A DNA stretch of 64,000 nucleotides from a virus (taxonomy: Duplodnaviria > Caudoviricetes). The position numbers and the translations under genes are program-made. Below, one piece after another: positions 44,302-54,278 of this stretch. The DNA lies in the IMG/VR virus record IMGVR_UViG_3300021185_003947. One strand, written 5' to 3'. Numbering within the stretch: the stretch's first letter is position 1; the number at the start of each line of letters is the position of its first letter. The notes under the pieces were generated by a model. It did no database searches. It had not been told where the DNA came from and saw only the letters and a list, made by a program, of their open reading frames with translations.

Positions 44302-44315
44302 TTAAATCACCCTAT

Positions 44316-45539
44316 TTAAATATTCAAAGTACCTTGTCTATTATCTTTACCAACATGTTTTAAATTTTTAATTATTTCGTTATGTTCTGGATTTACGCTT
44401 GCAAGAGCTTTTTCATAATGCTTTTTACGGCCCTCGACATCAACTTTATTGTAAGCAGCTTTCTTATTAAGTTTAGTTTTACTTTTTGTACCTTTCGGAA
44501 GATCAGATTCAGCTTTTTTCTGGCTATCAACCATTTTATTATAAGCTTCATGAGCCGCGGTAGAAGTTTTAGCTACTTTACGGAAAGTAGCAGCATGTTT
44601 AGGAATTGATGTGACAACGTCAGCTTTTTGTTCTTCTTCATGATGTGGATGATCATGATGTGTATGATCATATCCTAGTCTTGCATTATCTATATGTGTT
44701 TCATTAGGATTATTTTGTTCAGCTTTTTTATGCTTTTCCATTTCATCATAATGATGATCTTCCTCTCCGTTACCGTAATGATGCTCATAATAATGGCTAT
44801 GATTTGAAGTTGTAAACTCATGTTCTCCATGAGTTTCTAGATGAGCGCCTGCCGCTTTATGAGCATCATGATGGAGTTTTAAAGTATGTTCAGCATGAGC
44901 TAATCTCTTTTTGTCTTCTGGGTCATGTCTTTTAAGCGCAGCAATATGCTTTTTAATAGTAATTACGCGTTCTTCAGCAGGATTATTACCGTGGTATTTC
45001 TTGCGCTCTTTTTCTGCCGGGTCGTTTATTCTATTTTCTGTAGCAGCGACCCAACTCGGACCTAAATGGTTCGACCGATGCGCTATGGTAGTGTCGTGTC
45101 CGGGATTTCCAGCAGCATCTACCCAATCTCCTTTAGGATGGGGCGCCATTGAGCCTTTATTATTAGGATTATGTTTTACAGTGGAACTCCATAATGATCC
45201 ATGTTTAGGATTTCCGTCTTTATCCTTAGGTCGCATTGAGTTTGGATTATCAGCATTACCTTTTTTGGTAATATTATAACCTTTGCTTAACCCTTTTAAG
45301 CCTGCTAATTCTTTGGCATTGCTTTTACTTTTATCACGCATAGCTGCTTTTGCTTTTTCATGTTCGGCATCTTGCTTAGCAGCTCTATTAGCTATGTTTT
45401 TCATTCTTGCGGCATGTTTCTTAGGATCAGCCGGATTAGTTTTAAATCCAGCTATAGCTTGTTTGATTCTTGTTGCAATACTCTCATTTACATTCTTTTG
45501 ATGTTGAATATCTTCGTTCATCTGTTTAAAAGTTTTCAT
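44316..45539 (-). CDS. His/Lys-rich probable internal head protein
   Basis: MKTFKQMNE N-terminus resembling the T4 capsid-targeting sequence; late promoter upstream. Confidence 0.6.
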   Translation of the reverse strand: MKTFKQMNEDIQHQKNVNESIATRIKQAIAGFKTNPADPKKHAARMKNIANRAAKQDAEHEKAKAAMRDKSKSNAKELAGLKGLSKGYNITKKGNADNPNSMRPKDKDGNPKHGSLWSSTVKHNPNNKGSMAPHPKGDWVDAAGNPGHDTTIAHRSNHLGPSWVAATENRINDPAEKERKKYHGNNPAEERVITIKKHIAALKRHDPEDKKRLAHAEHTLKLHHDAHKAAGAHLETHGEHEFTTSNHSHYYEHHYGNGEEDHHYDEMEKHKKAEQNNPNETHIDNARLGYDHTHHDHPHHEEEQKADVVTSIPKHAATFRKVAKTSTAAHEAYNKMVDSQKKAESDLPKGTKSKTKLNKKAAYNKVDVEGRKKHYEKALASVNPEHNEIIKNLKHVGKDNRQGTLNI

Positions 45540-45577
45540 GTCTACCCCATCCGATAATTTGCTAAACCATTTTACTA

Positions 45578-45585
45578 TATTTATA
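45578..45585 (-). promoter_or_regulatory. Late promoter
   Basis: TATAAATA, intergenic. Confidence 0.7.
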
Positions 45586-45595
45586 CAAATAAAAA

Positions 45596-45620
45596 AAGGA
45601 ACAAAACTAATTGTTCCCTT
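45596..45620. terminator. Intrinsic terminator
   Basis: AAGGAACAA-aactaa-TTGTTCCCTT flanked by A/T tracts. Confidence 0.6.
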
Positions 45621-45826
45621 TTTATACTATTTCTTGTAAGGAATTATGCTACCATATCCTCTAATTCATATATCTTCTGATCTAAATATACTTTTTTTGA
45701 TTCTAGTTTCTTAGCTAAAGAATGGTTACCCTTTTGTTTTATTTCCTCTACATAAGCTTTGAGCTCAGTAGAATCTTTTTGTAATTTCGCTATTTGATTG
45801 TTATGTAAAACCATTTTAGTTCTCCT

Positions 45827-45861
45827 AAAAAAAGACAGACTCTTCCGAAGAAGGTCTGTCT
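45827..45861 (-). terminator. Intrinsic terminator
   Basis: AGACAGAC...GTCTGTCT followed by TTTTT on the minus strand. Confidence 0.75.
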
Positions 45862-45901
45862 ATAAATCTAATTATAAGTATATTTTCCAATCATTATATA
45901 T

Positions 45902-46312
45902 TTATTTCTGTATCAAATTTGGAAAGGCTTCTTTTGCTACTGCTTTGGTGACTCCTTTTATTGGGTTTTTATTAATCATATTAATAATTAATTCTGCTTC
46001 AGGTGGCTCAACTGACTCTAACAAAATAATAAAAGCTTTTTCTCTTTTTACTTTTTGCATAGAGTCACCAGGTCCACCTTTAACAAATGAAATAAAATCT
46101 TTATGTCTTTTATAAAGATTAGATGGTGCATTGTAACCTTCATTTGCTTGAAATGGTGGAGGAGGGCCAGTTGGGATATTAAATTGAACACTAGTGTCGT
46201 ATGTTCCTCTTAAAATATCTTTTAATGCCCAGCATTCATTCTTTTTCAATATCTCAATCTTTTCTTTTTTAGATCGAGCTTTTCTTGTATCATTAATTAT
46301 ATCACTTATCAT
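45902..46312 (-). CDS. Conserved T4-like protein (DUF6433-like)
   Basis: SKKEKIEIL...REKAFI.LLESVEPPEAELII. Confidence 0.8.
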   Translation of the reverse strand: MISDIINDTRKARSKKEKIEILKKNECWALKDILRGTYDTSVQFNIPTGPPPPFQANEGYNAPSNLYKRHKDFISFVKGGPGDSMQKVKREKAFIILLESVEPPEAELIINMINKNPIKGVTKAVAKEAFPNLIQK

Positions 46313-46314
46313 TA

Positions 46315-47166
46315 TTATATAAACTCCTGTACACTTTCAACTAACATTCTACAACGCTTAGCTACAAGATATGGGAACACTTTACTTTTATTTGCCCACT
46401 GATCCTGTGCTTCATATGTATTTATAATTTCTTCTTTAATATTTTGAGGACATTCTGATTTTTCCGTTAAATCTATTAGTTTTTTATTGCGTAAATAATT
46501 ACGATAAATTTCATCACCTAAAGCTTTTGGATCTTCGAGTAGTATTGCTTTTTTCTTAGCAGATAATGGTGTTTGTCTACGCCCTTCAACAAAGCATTTA
46601 TCGTCTGATAATACATTTGGTACACCATCGGTGCCACATCCAGTAAGAATGTGTTCTTCAAGATATAATCTAGGATTAGGTTCATCTACAAATTTCTTAG
46701 TTGCTGTTGACCATTGACGAACATTACCATATTTTTGTAGTTGACGAAAATCTTTATCAGCAGATACAATCATTACCTCTTCATGATTACCAAACTCTTG
46801 AGTCCATTTTACTATTTCAGCAATAGAATCATCAGCTTCACATCCCCATTGATGAATAACTTTATATGGAAAATGTTCTTTTAATTCTTCACGAACTAAA
46901 TTAATACAACGAAAAGCTTCTTCCCAATCAATTTTAGATTTTTCACGAGATTCTTTGCGCTTACCTTTATATTCAGGATATACATCTTTGCGCCAGTTTC
47001 CGCCGGCATCACATACAATAACTATTTCGCCATATTTGTCTTTAAACTTTTGACGATACATACGAATACTATTTAATATCATATGGCGTATTAGATTTTC
47101 ATCAGCATTTGTTAAACCCATTGCAACAGGTGCAATTGAAATACCTGAGAAGTCAATTAAAATCAT
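46315..47166 (-). CDS. rnh: T4-type RNase H (5'-3' exonuclease)
   Basis: MILIDFS, NWRKDVYPEYKGKRK, EADD, SADKDF.QL, DGVPNVLSDD. Confidence 0.95.
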   Translation of the reverse strand: MILIDFSGISIAPVAMGLTNADENLIRHMILNSIRMYRQKFKDKYGEIVIVCDAGGNWRKDVYPEYKGKRKESREKSKIDWEEAFRCINLVREELKEHFPYKVIHQWGCEADDSIAEIVKWTQEFGNHEEVMIVSADKDFRQLQKYGNVRQWSTATKKFVDEPNPRLYLEEHILTGCGTDGVPNVLSDDKCFVEGRRQTPLSAKKKAILLEDPKALGDEIYRNYLRNKKLIDLTEKSECPQNIKEEIINTYEAQDQWANKSKVFPYLVAKRCRMLVESVQEFI

Positions 47167-47191
47167 AGTTGATTCCTTTCATTATATAGTT

Positions 47192-47220
47192 ATTATATCA
47201 TAGTATTACTCAATTGTAAA
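47192..47220 (-). promoter_or_regulatory. Early promoter for rnh
   Basis: GTTTACA-N17-TATAAT. Confidence 0.8.
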
Positions 47221-47224
47221 CCTT

Positions 47225-47677
47225 TTATTCAGATAATTCTTGAATTAATTTTACGTCTACTTTACCTTCTTGCATTAATCTTTGACGATTAGCTAAATGA
47301 CCCTTTTCAACATCAGCTTTTGATTGTCCATGATATGGAACGGCATGACCTTCATCAATAAGAATATCGGTGCACATACGTCCGTCAGGAGCAACAAAAT
47401 CACCAAGGACTCTACCAAACTTACCTTTCATATCTTCACCATCTTTATTGATTTCAGTCTTTAACACGCCTTCAGATCCAAGAAGTTCTTGAAGTCTTGC
47501 TTTAGCTGCTTTACCAAAAACTTTTTCAACCTTATCGCTGGTACGAGATTCAGGTGTATCGATACCCATTACACGAACTCTTTCATCAGTTAACACAATA
47601 CCAAATCCAAGATCAATATCTACATCAACAGTATCTCCATCAACTACTCTATTAATAGTACATTTATATTCGTACAT
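47225..47677 (-). CDS. Staphylococcal-nuclease (thermonuclease) family protein
   Basis: RVVDGDTVDVDIDLGF...RVRVMGIDTPE...GKFGRVLG. Confidence 0.92.
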   Translation of the reverse strand: MYEYKCTINRVVDGDTVDVDIDLGFGIVLTDERVRVMGIDTPESRTSDKVEKVFGKAAKARLQELLGSEGVLKTEINKDGEDMKGKFGRVLGDFVAPDGRMCTDILIDEGHAVPYHGQSKADVEKGHLANRQRLMQEGKVDVKLIQELSE

Positions 47678-48093
47678 TATTCTTTTCCTTTTACATGCTT
47701 TGAATGAATTTTACATCCAATAAATTCATTATAATATTCATCATTAAAAAGGACTTCACGATCAAATTGTTCTTTTGCCTCATAATAGCTCATAAGACCT
47801 TTTGTCTTACATAACTTTAGTATTTCTCTTTTAAATCTATTTTCTCCATCATTTTCTACAAGCAACTTAACTTCTTCATTTGAGCCATAGTAACTCATCC
47901 AATCAGATTGAGCTTTTTTTACTCTTCGTCTAGTTTTACCTTTTAAGGGTTTAAGTCTTCTTGTGGACCATAATGTTTTTTTCCCAATATACTTTTTACC
48001 GTTGTTTAAATCAGTTATACAGTAAACAAATCCAGCTAAGTCATCAATACGAGAATCAGCTGGATCAAACTCTTTATTTTCAAATAACCACAA
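47677..48093 (-). CDS. GIY-YIG (Seg-like) endonuclease domain protein
   Basis: GFVYCITDLNNGKKYIGKK...YYGS...FKREIL...YYE. Confidence 0.85.
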   Translation of the reverse strand: MWLFENKEFDPADSRIDDLAGFVYCITDLNNGKKYIGKKTLWSTRRLKPLKGKTRRRVKKAQSDWMSYYGSNEEVKLLVENDGENRFKREILKLCKTKGLMSYYEAKEQFDREVLFNDEYYNEFIGCKIHSKHVKGKE

Positions 48094-48119
48094 TATAGTA
48101 TTCCTTAATTACAAAATAC

Positions 48120-48127
48120 TATTTATA
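48120..48127 (-). promoter_or_regulatory. Late promoter
   Basis: TATAAATA, intergenic. Confidence 0.65.
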
Positions 48128-48131
48128 TAAA

Positions 48132-48269
48132 TTAATCGTTATCCTCTGCATCTAATAATTGAGCATTTATTTCATGTCCACAACATGGGCAATATTCAGG
48201 CTCTTTGTCTTCTGTTGATACTTGTGATTCTGCGTCACAATAATCGCACTCAATATAATAGTGTAACAT
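48132..48269 (-). CDS. 45-aa zinc-ribbon protein (absent from ORF track)
   Basis: CDYC...YCPCCG. Confidence 0.7.
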   Translation of the reverse strand: MLHYYIECDYCDAESQVSTEDKEPEYCPCCGHEINAQLLDAEDND

Positions 48270-48279
48270 ATAGTCTTCC

Positions 48280-49923
48280 TTACGCTTCGCAACTAGCGCA
48301 GTTCATAATATCACGAACTAATTCTTGCGCAGGGTTTGCTGATCTTTGATAGTAAAATGTTTTAACTCCTAACTTCCAACCTTCAATAATTAAAGAATTG
48401 ACATCTTTTGCTGGAATATCTGGATGAATAATAATATTTAATGATTGAGATTGATCGATATATTTTTGTCTTCCGCCAGCTTGTTGCACAATAGAAAGTG
48501 GTGTAATTTCACTAAATGTTTTATATACATCTTTTTCGTGTTCAGATAAAAAATCAAGATGTTGAACTGACCCACCGTGTTTTAGAATATCTACCCAAGT
48601 TTCTTCATTATCTTTTCCATGATCATGTAGCACACCTTTTAAATGTGGATTGCGATAAGTAAATTTACCTTTTGCTAAATCTTTTGTAAAATAGTTAGAT
48701 GCTAGTGGCTCAATAGATGGTGATACCTGTCCAAGAATAAATGATGATGAAGTAGTTGGAGCAATAGCAGTTCGTGTTAAGTTGCGCTCACCGGTTCCTA
48801 ACATACCTTTTGGTTCACCGTATTCAATTGCTAATTCTTTTGATGCTTCGAGTGACTTATCATCAATAAATTTACTAATTTTCATAGAAAGCATTTGTGC
48901 CTCAAATGATTCAAATGCCACACTTTTAGATTGAAGATATGTATGCCATCCCAATTGTCCTAAACCTAATGCTCTCCAATGTAAAGCAAAATTATAAGCA
49001 GAATGCATAAACTGAATATCTTTAGTTTTTTCAATATATTCTTCCATTACAGCATCAAGAAACCAAATCATCGTTTCTACTGCATCAGTTTCAGACCATT
49101 CATCAAATGTAGCACAATTCATGGATGCTAGATTACACACAAATGACCACTCATCACTTGATGGCAAACAAATTTCAGAACAAAGATTAGAAGCCCAAAT
49201 AGGAATATCTTGATCTTTTAAAATTTGAGGCTTATTATTATTTACTGTATCACTAAAGAACAAATATGGATAACCACTTTCTCTGCGCTTGCGAAGTACT
49301 CTTGCCCATACAGTTCTTTTATCAGCATCACCATCAATCATAGATTGCATCCACTCATCAGAGATACAAACACCAAGTGACAAATGCATTATAGAAGAAC
49401 CTTCTTCACGACACTCTAAAAACTCCATAATATCTGGTGAATCAATAGGCAAATACGCAGCAAAAGATCCTCTTCTTACAGATCCCTGCGCAACAACATC
49501 TACTTGAGTTTCTGTAAGATTCATAAAATGGACAGGTCCATCAGCAACTCCACCAGATTTAATTGGTTCGCCTCTAGCACGAATAGATCCAAAATAACCT
49601 GAAGTTCCTGCACCCATTTTAGTTTGCATACCCACTTCAGCATTTTTCATTAAAATCGATGCCATATCGTCTTCAACAAAAACACCATTACACGAAATAG
49701 GTAATCCTTTTTTAGTACCAAAATTAGACCATACTGGAGACGAAAGAGAATAGAATCCTCTGCTCATATAATCATAAAACTTATCAGCAAATCCTTCTTT
49801 ATCAAGAATTTCTTCTGCAGCTTGAGCAATCATTCTTACTCGCTCTTCAGTTGTCATATTTCCATCAATATATCCACGACTTAAAAAAAGTCGTGAATCA
49901 TCATTAGCCCACTCAAATCCCAT
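48280..49923 (-). CDS. nrdA: Class Ia ribonucleotide reductase alpha subunit, no ATP-cone
   Basis: ISC, SNLCSEI, APTTSSS, DQSQSLN, KTFYY. Confidence 0.96.
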   Translation of the reverse strand: MGFEWANDDSRLFLSRGYIDGNMTTEERVRMIAQAAEEILDKEGFADKFYDYMSRGFYSLSSPVWSNFGTKKGLPISCNGVFVEDDMASILMKNAEVGMQTKMGAGTSGYFGSIRARGEPIKSGGVADGPVHFMNLTETQVDVVAQGSVRRGSFAAYLPIDSPDIMEFLECREEGSSIMHLSLGVCISDEWMQSMIDGDADKRTVWARVLRKRRESGYPYLFFSDTVNNNKPQILKDQDIPIWASNLCSEICLPSSDEWSFVCNLASMNCATFDEWSETDAVETMIWFLDAVMEEYIEKTKDIQFMHSAYNFALHWRALGLGQLGWHTYLQSKSVAFESFEAQMLSMKISKFIDDKSLEASKELAIEYGEPKGMLGTGERNLTRTAIAPTTSSSFILGQVSPSIEPLASNYFTKDLAKGKFTYRNPHLKGVLHDHGKDNEETWVDILKHGGSVQHLDFLSEHEKDVYKTFSEITPLSIVQQAGGRQKYIDQSQSLNIIIHPDIPAKDVNSLIIEGWKLGVKTFYYQRSANPAQELVRDIMNCASCEA

Positions 49924-49934
49924 TATATAATCCT

Positions 49935-50906
49935 TTAAAATAAATCATCTGCAGTAATACCCTGACCTTTTGCGTATTCAACAGGCCTCTTTTGAAAGAA
50001 ATCTGTCATATTTGCTCCTAGTAATTCTTCATCAAACCAAAATGTTTGATCAATATCATCTTGATTATATATAATCTCTGAATTATCAAAACCAATTTGA
50101 TCTAAGGAATCTGCCATTCTTTTAGCAATAAATGATTTAAGAATACAAGCCGATAGACCTTTTGTTTCATAATCACCCATAATCCAATCAATTACTTTAC
50201 TTTCTGCTTTCAAAGCTTCAATGCATTCTTCTCTTACTCTTGATTCCAATTCTGCATCAAATAATTCTGGGTATTCTTCGCGTAATGTATTGATTAGTTT
50301 AATACCAACTTGAGCATGTAGCATTTCTTCATTTCGAGTATATTGTACTTGTTGCGCACAATCTTTCATTACAGCTTTATTACGATTCATATGCATAATA
50401 ATATAAAATTGACTAAATAAACTTACATTTTCAACAAATAATGTAAACAACATGATAGAGTAGATATATTGCTTTTTATCGTCAGCATAAACTTTATTGT
50501 TATACTTACGCAAATAATCTACACGGCCTTTGATTACTTTTTCATTTAAATTTTCTTCAAATACATGAGTCAAATGCAAGACATCAAGAATTTTCTCATA
50601 TGCCATATTATGAATGACTTCTGAATTAGCCATAGCATAACCCAAGTCTTTAATCGATGGATGTGGTAAATGATTACCCACATCTGCCCAAAATGATTTA
50701 ACAGCAATTTCAATTTGACCAATAGCTGACATAGTCTTAACAACAATCTCACGTTCTTCTGGACTTAAATCTGATTTAAATTGTGAATAATCTGAACGAA
50801 AGTTAAATTCTTCTGGTGTCCAAAATCCTTTCCAAATAGCTTCAATAAAGTCTTTTGTCCATGGATATAAGTCTGGTTTTCTTGAGATTTGTTCTTGAAA
50901 TAACAT
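49935..50906 (-). CDS. nrdB: Ribonucleotide reductase beta subunit
   Basis: FWTPEE, E.IH..AY, FVENVSLFSQF, RNEEMLH, DFFQKRPVEY. Confidence 0.96.
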   Translation of the reverse strand: MLFQEQISRKPDLYPWTKDFIEAIWKGFWTPEEFNFRSDYSQFKSDLSPEEREIVVKTMSAIGQIEIAVKSFWADVGNHLPHPSIKDLGYAMANSEVIHNMAYEKILDVLHLTHVFEENLNEKVIKGRVDYLRKYNNKVYADDKKQYIYSIMLFTLFVENVSLFSQFYIIMHMNRNKAVMKDCAQQVQYTRNEEMLHAQVGIKLINTLREEYPELFDAELESRVREECIEALKAESKVIDWIMGDYETKGLSACILKSFIAKRMADSLDQIGFDNSEIIYNQDDIDQTFWFDEELLGANMTDFFQKRPVEYAKGQGITADDLF

Positions 50907-50992
50907 ATAATTTTCCCTTGAGCGTAAAATATATACTCAGCAAATCACATATTTACTAAGTATTAATTAAAGTTTGTTTTATGATTGGTACT

Positions 50993-51021
50993 ATTATATA
51001 TCAATATTAGGTTTTTGTAAA
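50993..51021 (-). promoter_or_regulatory. Early promoter for nrdBA
   Basis: TTTACA-N17-TATAAT. Confidence 0.8.
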
Positions 51022-51066
51022 TACAATATATGGCCTTTTTTTTGAAAAAAAGTAATATATATTGTA

Positions 51067-51390
51067 TTATTTTTTAAAATCTTTTGATATTGAATTGGCC
51101 GTTGTTTTTGAACGACCTTTTAAATTTCTATTATCGCCACTTATATTAGATAGTTTATTAATCCTATCTTCTAATTCCTGAATCTTAGCAGCAATTTTTG
51201 GATTTACTTTTTTCCATGCTTCTGGATCTTGATCGAACCATGTCCATCCATATCTATCACGCAAATAGTCACATACTTGATCAAATTTTGAATATCCCCA
51301 CAGACCTATTCTAGTATCTCTTATATAAGCTAAACATGCTGCTCCAAGAAGTGCTCCAGCAATGCTAGTATAAATCCATAAGTAATCCAT
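51067..51390 (-). CDS. Membrane-anchored hypothetical protein
   Basis: N-terminal TM, GAGGA RBS. Confidence 0.7.
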   Translation of the reverse strand: MDYLWIYTSIAGALLGAACLAYIRDTRIGLWGYSKFDQVCDYLRDRYGWTWFDQDPEAWKKVNPKIAAKIQELEDRINKLSNISGDNRNLKGRSKTTANSISKDFKK

Positions 51391-51393
51391 TTG

Positions 51394-51798
51394 TTATTCC
51401 TCTATAGTAACGGCCTTATCCATTGTTTTTTCGCTTTCAATATAATAATTTTTATATGCTTGTATGATTGCTTGTTGTTGACCTATATACATTCGAATAT
51501 CAGATATATTTAAACCCAATTTTCCATAATCATCTCCAGTTAATCCAAATAAAACTAGATCATCACCTGTCTTTTTTAGATCATCAAAAACTTCTTCATG
51601 ATTATTTGGTGTTATTGCAACCCATGTTATATCACGCTGATCAATTTGATCTGCTTCCGGTAAAACGAGTTCGGGTCTTTCAACTGGTTTAGTTTTAATC
51701 TCTACTGTTTCGGGAAGCCTCTTCAAGCTGCTGCAACCGTTCAGGGTCAACAAGAGTATCAAACAACCAAGGGCATTCACGATTAAACGCTTTTCCAT
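51394..51798 (-). CDS. Probable outer-membrane spanin (Rz1-like lipoprotein)
   Basis: Lipobox LTLNG-C, Pro-rich segment after Cys, overlaps the i-spanin in another frame. Confidence 0.7.
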   Translation of the reverse strand: MEKRLIVNALGCLILLLTLNGCSSLKRLPETVEIKTKPVERPELVLPEADQIDQRDITWVAITPNNHEEVFDDLKKTGDDLVLFGLTGDDYGKLGLNISDIRMYIGQQQAIIQAYKNYYIESEKTMDKAVTIEE

Positions 51799-52204
51799 TT
51801 TCTGCTTCTCTTTCTTTTTCACTTAATGGAGCGCCAGACATTAATTCAAAACATCTTAATGCATTGGCAGTTCCCCTATTAATTAATCTTTCAACTACAT
51901 CTGGCTTTTCAGCACCAAGCAAACCAAGATCTAAACTTTCTAATTTCTTTGCAAGTATTTTATTCCGCGTGCGTGTACGGGTCATTTGTTTATTAACGCT
52001 TTTTAATTCATTGTTAACTGCTTGAATATTAGACTCAAGCGCGCCAATAGTATCTTTTTGAGTCTGTACAGCACCTTCAAGCTTAGCATTGTTTGCTGTT
52101 AATATTTCTATTTTTGCTTGCATATGATTCCACGTAGCATAGGCTCCATAACCTATAGAGCCTATTAAACCGATTACAAATATCATCATATAAATTTTAA
52201 GCAT
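51695..52204 (-). CDS. Probable inner-membrane spanin (Rz-like)
   Basis: N-terminal TM followed by a long coiled coil. Confidence 0.72.
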   Translation of the reverse strand: MLKIYMMIFVIGLIGSIGYGAYATWNHMQAKIEILTANNAKLEGAVQTQKDTIGALESNIQAVNNELKSVNKQMTRTRTRNKILAKKLESLDLGLLGAEKPDVVERLINRGTANALRCFELMSGAPLSEKEREAENGKAFNRECPWLFDTLVDPERLQQLEEASRNSRD

Positions 52205-52492
52205 TTACTTGCCGTATGCGTGCTGTCTAAACTTAGTCAATAAAAGTTTTTTGCCTTTATACCTTTTATCAAATGCTGGTTCGAACCTTCTCATAGGAGA
52301 TTTTTTTAATCGAGCTGGCCCACCAGTTGGATTCATATCAACGCTTCCTGCGCCAATAGATGTACCACCGGCGGATCCAATATCTTCTTCTACTTCATCT
52401 TTTTTATCATCTTTTTTATCATCTTTTTCAAGAGGCTTATAATTCTTTAGAGCCTTTTTCAAAGACTTCATCTGTTCTAGTTTGTTTTTCAT
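52205..52492 (-). CDS. Hypothetical late protein
   Basis: Coupled ORF. Confidence 0.6.
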   Translation of the reverse strand: MKNKLEQMKSLKKALKNYKPLEKDDKKDDKKDEVEEDIGSAGGTSIGAGSVDMNPTGGPARLKKSPMRRFEPAFDKRYKGKKLLLTKFRQHAYGK

Positions 52493-53292
52493 ACCTTCAC
52501 CTTTGGTTTGATTATTCCTTGAGTTACCATATCTAATCCAATATCAGACTTTTTAGGTACTTTGATAGCTTGACACATTCCTGCCAAATTCTTGGGCGAC
52601 GTATTAACCATAAAGATAATTGGATTTGCAGAAAGATATTTATGAGCGGCATCGATATAAGGAGTTTCAACTTCTTTTTTCCATCTGGCCGCAAGCTTTG
52701 GTATTTTTTTAATGGCCGCCATTTGTTTCTGATTTACACCAGATTTTTCTCTGCCTAAAGCTCCTTTGGGATCTGCCATATTTTTAAGTTCGAGGGCTGG
52801 ACTGACTATTTTTGTCATATCCATAGTGGCACCTAATTTATAGTTAACCATATATCCGTCTCTAGTAAAATTGCCAGCTTTGATTTCATAATTTTTACCA
52901 TCAACTACTAAATCAACTCCTGCAGAAGAGCCACCACCTAAGTGAGCATCATCTAAAATAAAGAATAACATGGCTTCACCAGGACCAACACCTTTAATGT
53001 CATACTTATGTAATTTTCCAAATGCAGTTGAGTCAATCCTTTTTAATTCCTTTAAAACTGAATTAACTTTGCCTACAGTTGGTTGACCTTTTATAGTGCC
53101 ATCCATATCAAACTTCGGAAAATATTTCATATGAAATAAATGTTGAATTTCTTTTTTATATTTTAAAGAAGTAAAATCAGATCCTTTTAAATTAAATGAT
53201 GTTAATGTTTGAGCCTTTGCTAAAAATTCTGTATCTAAATCTGAAACTGCCACTGCCGCCATTTCTTTGATATATTTTTTTAGCGTCATCAT
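52489..53292 (-). CDS. Hypothetical protein with PD-(D/E)xK nuclease-like motif
   Basis: GVGPGE...GVDLVVDGKNYEIKAG; MTLKKYIKE N-terminus. Confidence 0.55.
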   Translation of the reverse strand: MMTLKKYIKEMAAVAVSDLDTEFLAKAQTLTSFNLKGSDFTSLKYKKEIQHLFHMKYFPKFDMDGTIKGQPTVGKVNSVLKELKRIDSTAFGKLHKYDIKGVGPGEAMLFFILDDAHLGGGSSAGVDLVVDGKNYEIKAGNFTRDGYMVNYKLGATMDMTKIVSPALELKNMADPKGALGREKSGVNQKQMAAIKKIPKLAARWKKEVETPYIDAAHKYLSANPIIFMVNTSPKNLAGMCQAIKVPKKSDIGLDMVTQGIIKPKVKV

Positions 53293-53879
53293 GACATTAT
53301 TTCCCCTATAGTGATATATACTTTTTGTCTTGTATTTACATGCGTAGCTTCATACACATTTAATCCAAACATTTCACCTACAGGATAACAGTCATTTCCA
53401 ACTCGAATCCAATCTTTTGGTCGTACAACCTCTTCAAATGTGCTATTTACTATTTTATTATTTTTAATTCTGTAAGATCCTGGAGCTAATGCCCCACTTT
53501 CTAATAAAAACCAACCACTTTGTTCAGATAAAAAATCAAGTGGATCAAGTCCACATTTTTCTGTGATTTGTTTTATTGACTTATCAGATAGTTCTAAATT
53601 TTCTTTAATAAGATATAAAGCTGCGCCATAACGAGCAATAACTGATTGTCCGCCTGGAGCTTTGGCCATTAAACGCTTAATATTAAATACTAAACGAATA
53701 AATGGTGTATATGCATCTCTTTGCTCTGGATAATCCAGATCGCCAGGTGTTTTAGTACGTTTACCATCTTTATCAATAAGACCTAATTCAAAGGCCTTTG
53801 TTTTTTCAAATGGTGTTACTAATAGAGCTAAAAATCTAAAAGTATATACTAAATCACCAGCCTTTTTAATAAATCCCAT
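53289..53879 (-). CDS. Conserved T4-like hypothetical protein
   Basis: TPFEKTKAFELGLIDKDGK...AYTPF.RLVFNIKRL. Confidence 0.8.
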   Translation of the reverse strand: MGFIKKAGDLVYTFRFLALLVTPFEKTKAFELGLIDKDGKRTKTPGDLDYPEQRDAYTPFIRLVFNIKRLMAKAPGGQSVIARYGAALYLIKENLELSDKSIKQITEKCGLDPLDFLSEQSGWFLLESGALAPGSYRIKNNKIVNSTFEEVVRPKDWIRVGNDCYPVGEMFGLNVYEATHVNTRQKVYITIGEIMS

Positions 53880-53882
53880 TCT

Positions 53883-54251
53883 TTATATCTTTCTTAATAT
53901 TTGTACAATCTTATCATCCATTTCAATATCCACAAAATCAGTTGGCTTAATATGATTTAAAAATATCAAAAATGGTTTTATTACTTTCCAATGATCATTA
54001 TTTAATTTATACTTTAAAATCTTTATGCTTGCGTCAACTCCAAAAACATTAAAAATAATAATAAGATGGTTTAGTATCAATCTATCTGCTAATCTTTCAG
54101 ATTCAATATATCTATTTACTAATCTTTTTACATACTTAAATCTATTCAGATCTTCATAAAACTCCTCGACATCAATACATTTTGGATTGTAGTAATGTCG
54201 AGAAGCAAATATTAGTAAATTGTCATCATTTATTTCATCAAATAATTGCAT
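53883..54251 (-). CDS. Conserved T4-like hypothetical protein
   Basis: YYNPKC...EFYEDLNRFKYVKRL...RLILNHLI. Confidence 0.8.
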   Translation of the reverse strand: MQLFDEINDDNLLIFASRHYYNPKCIDVEEFYEDLNRFKYVKRLVNRYIESERLADRLILNHLIIIFNVFGVDASIKILKYKLNNDHWKVIKPFLIFLNHIKPTDFVDIEMDDKIVQILRKI

Positions 54252-54278
54252 TATGTTTCTATACTTTATTAATTTATA

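Noticed and set aside
46419-46426. TATAAATA inside rnh
   Set aside because: Intragenic and compatible with chance.
47677-48093. GIY-YIG gene as a mobile homing endonuclease near nrdA
   Set aside because: Only 138 aa with no DNA-binding extension, and no intron or intein in nrdA/nrdB; kept as an ordinary CDS.
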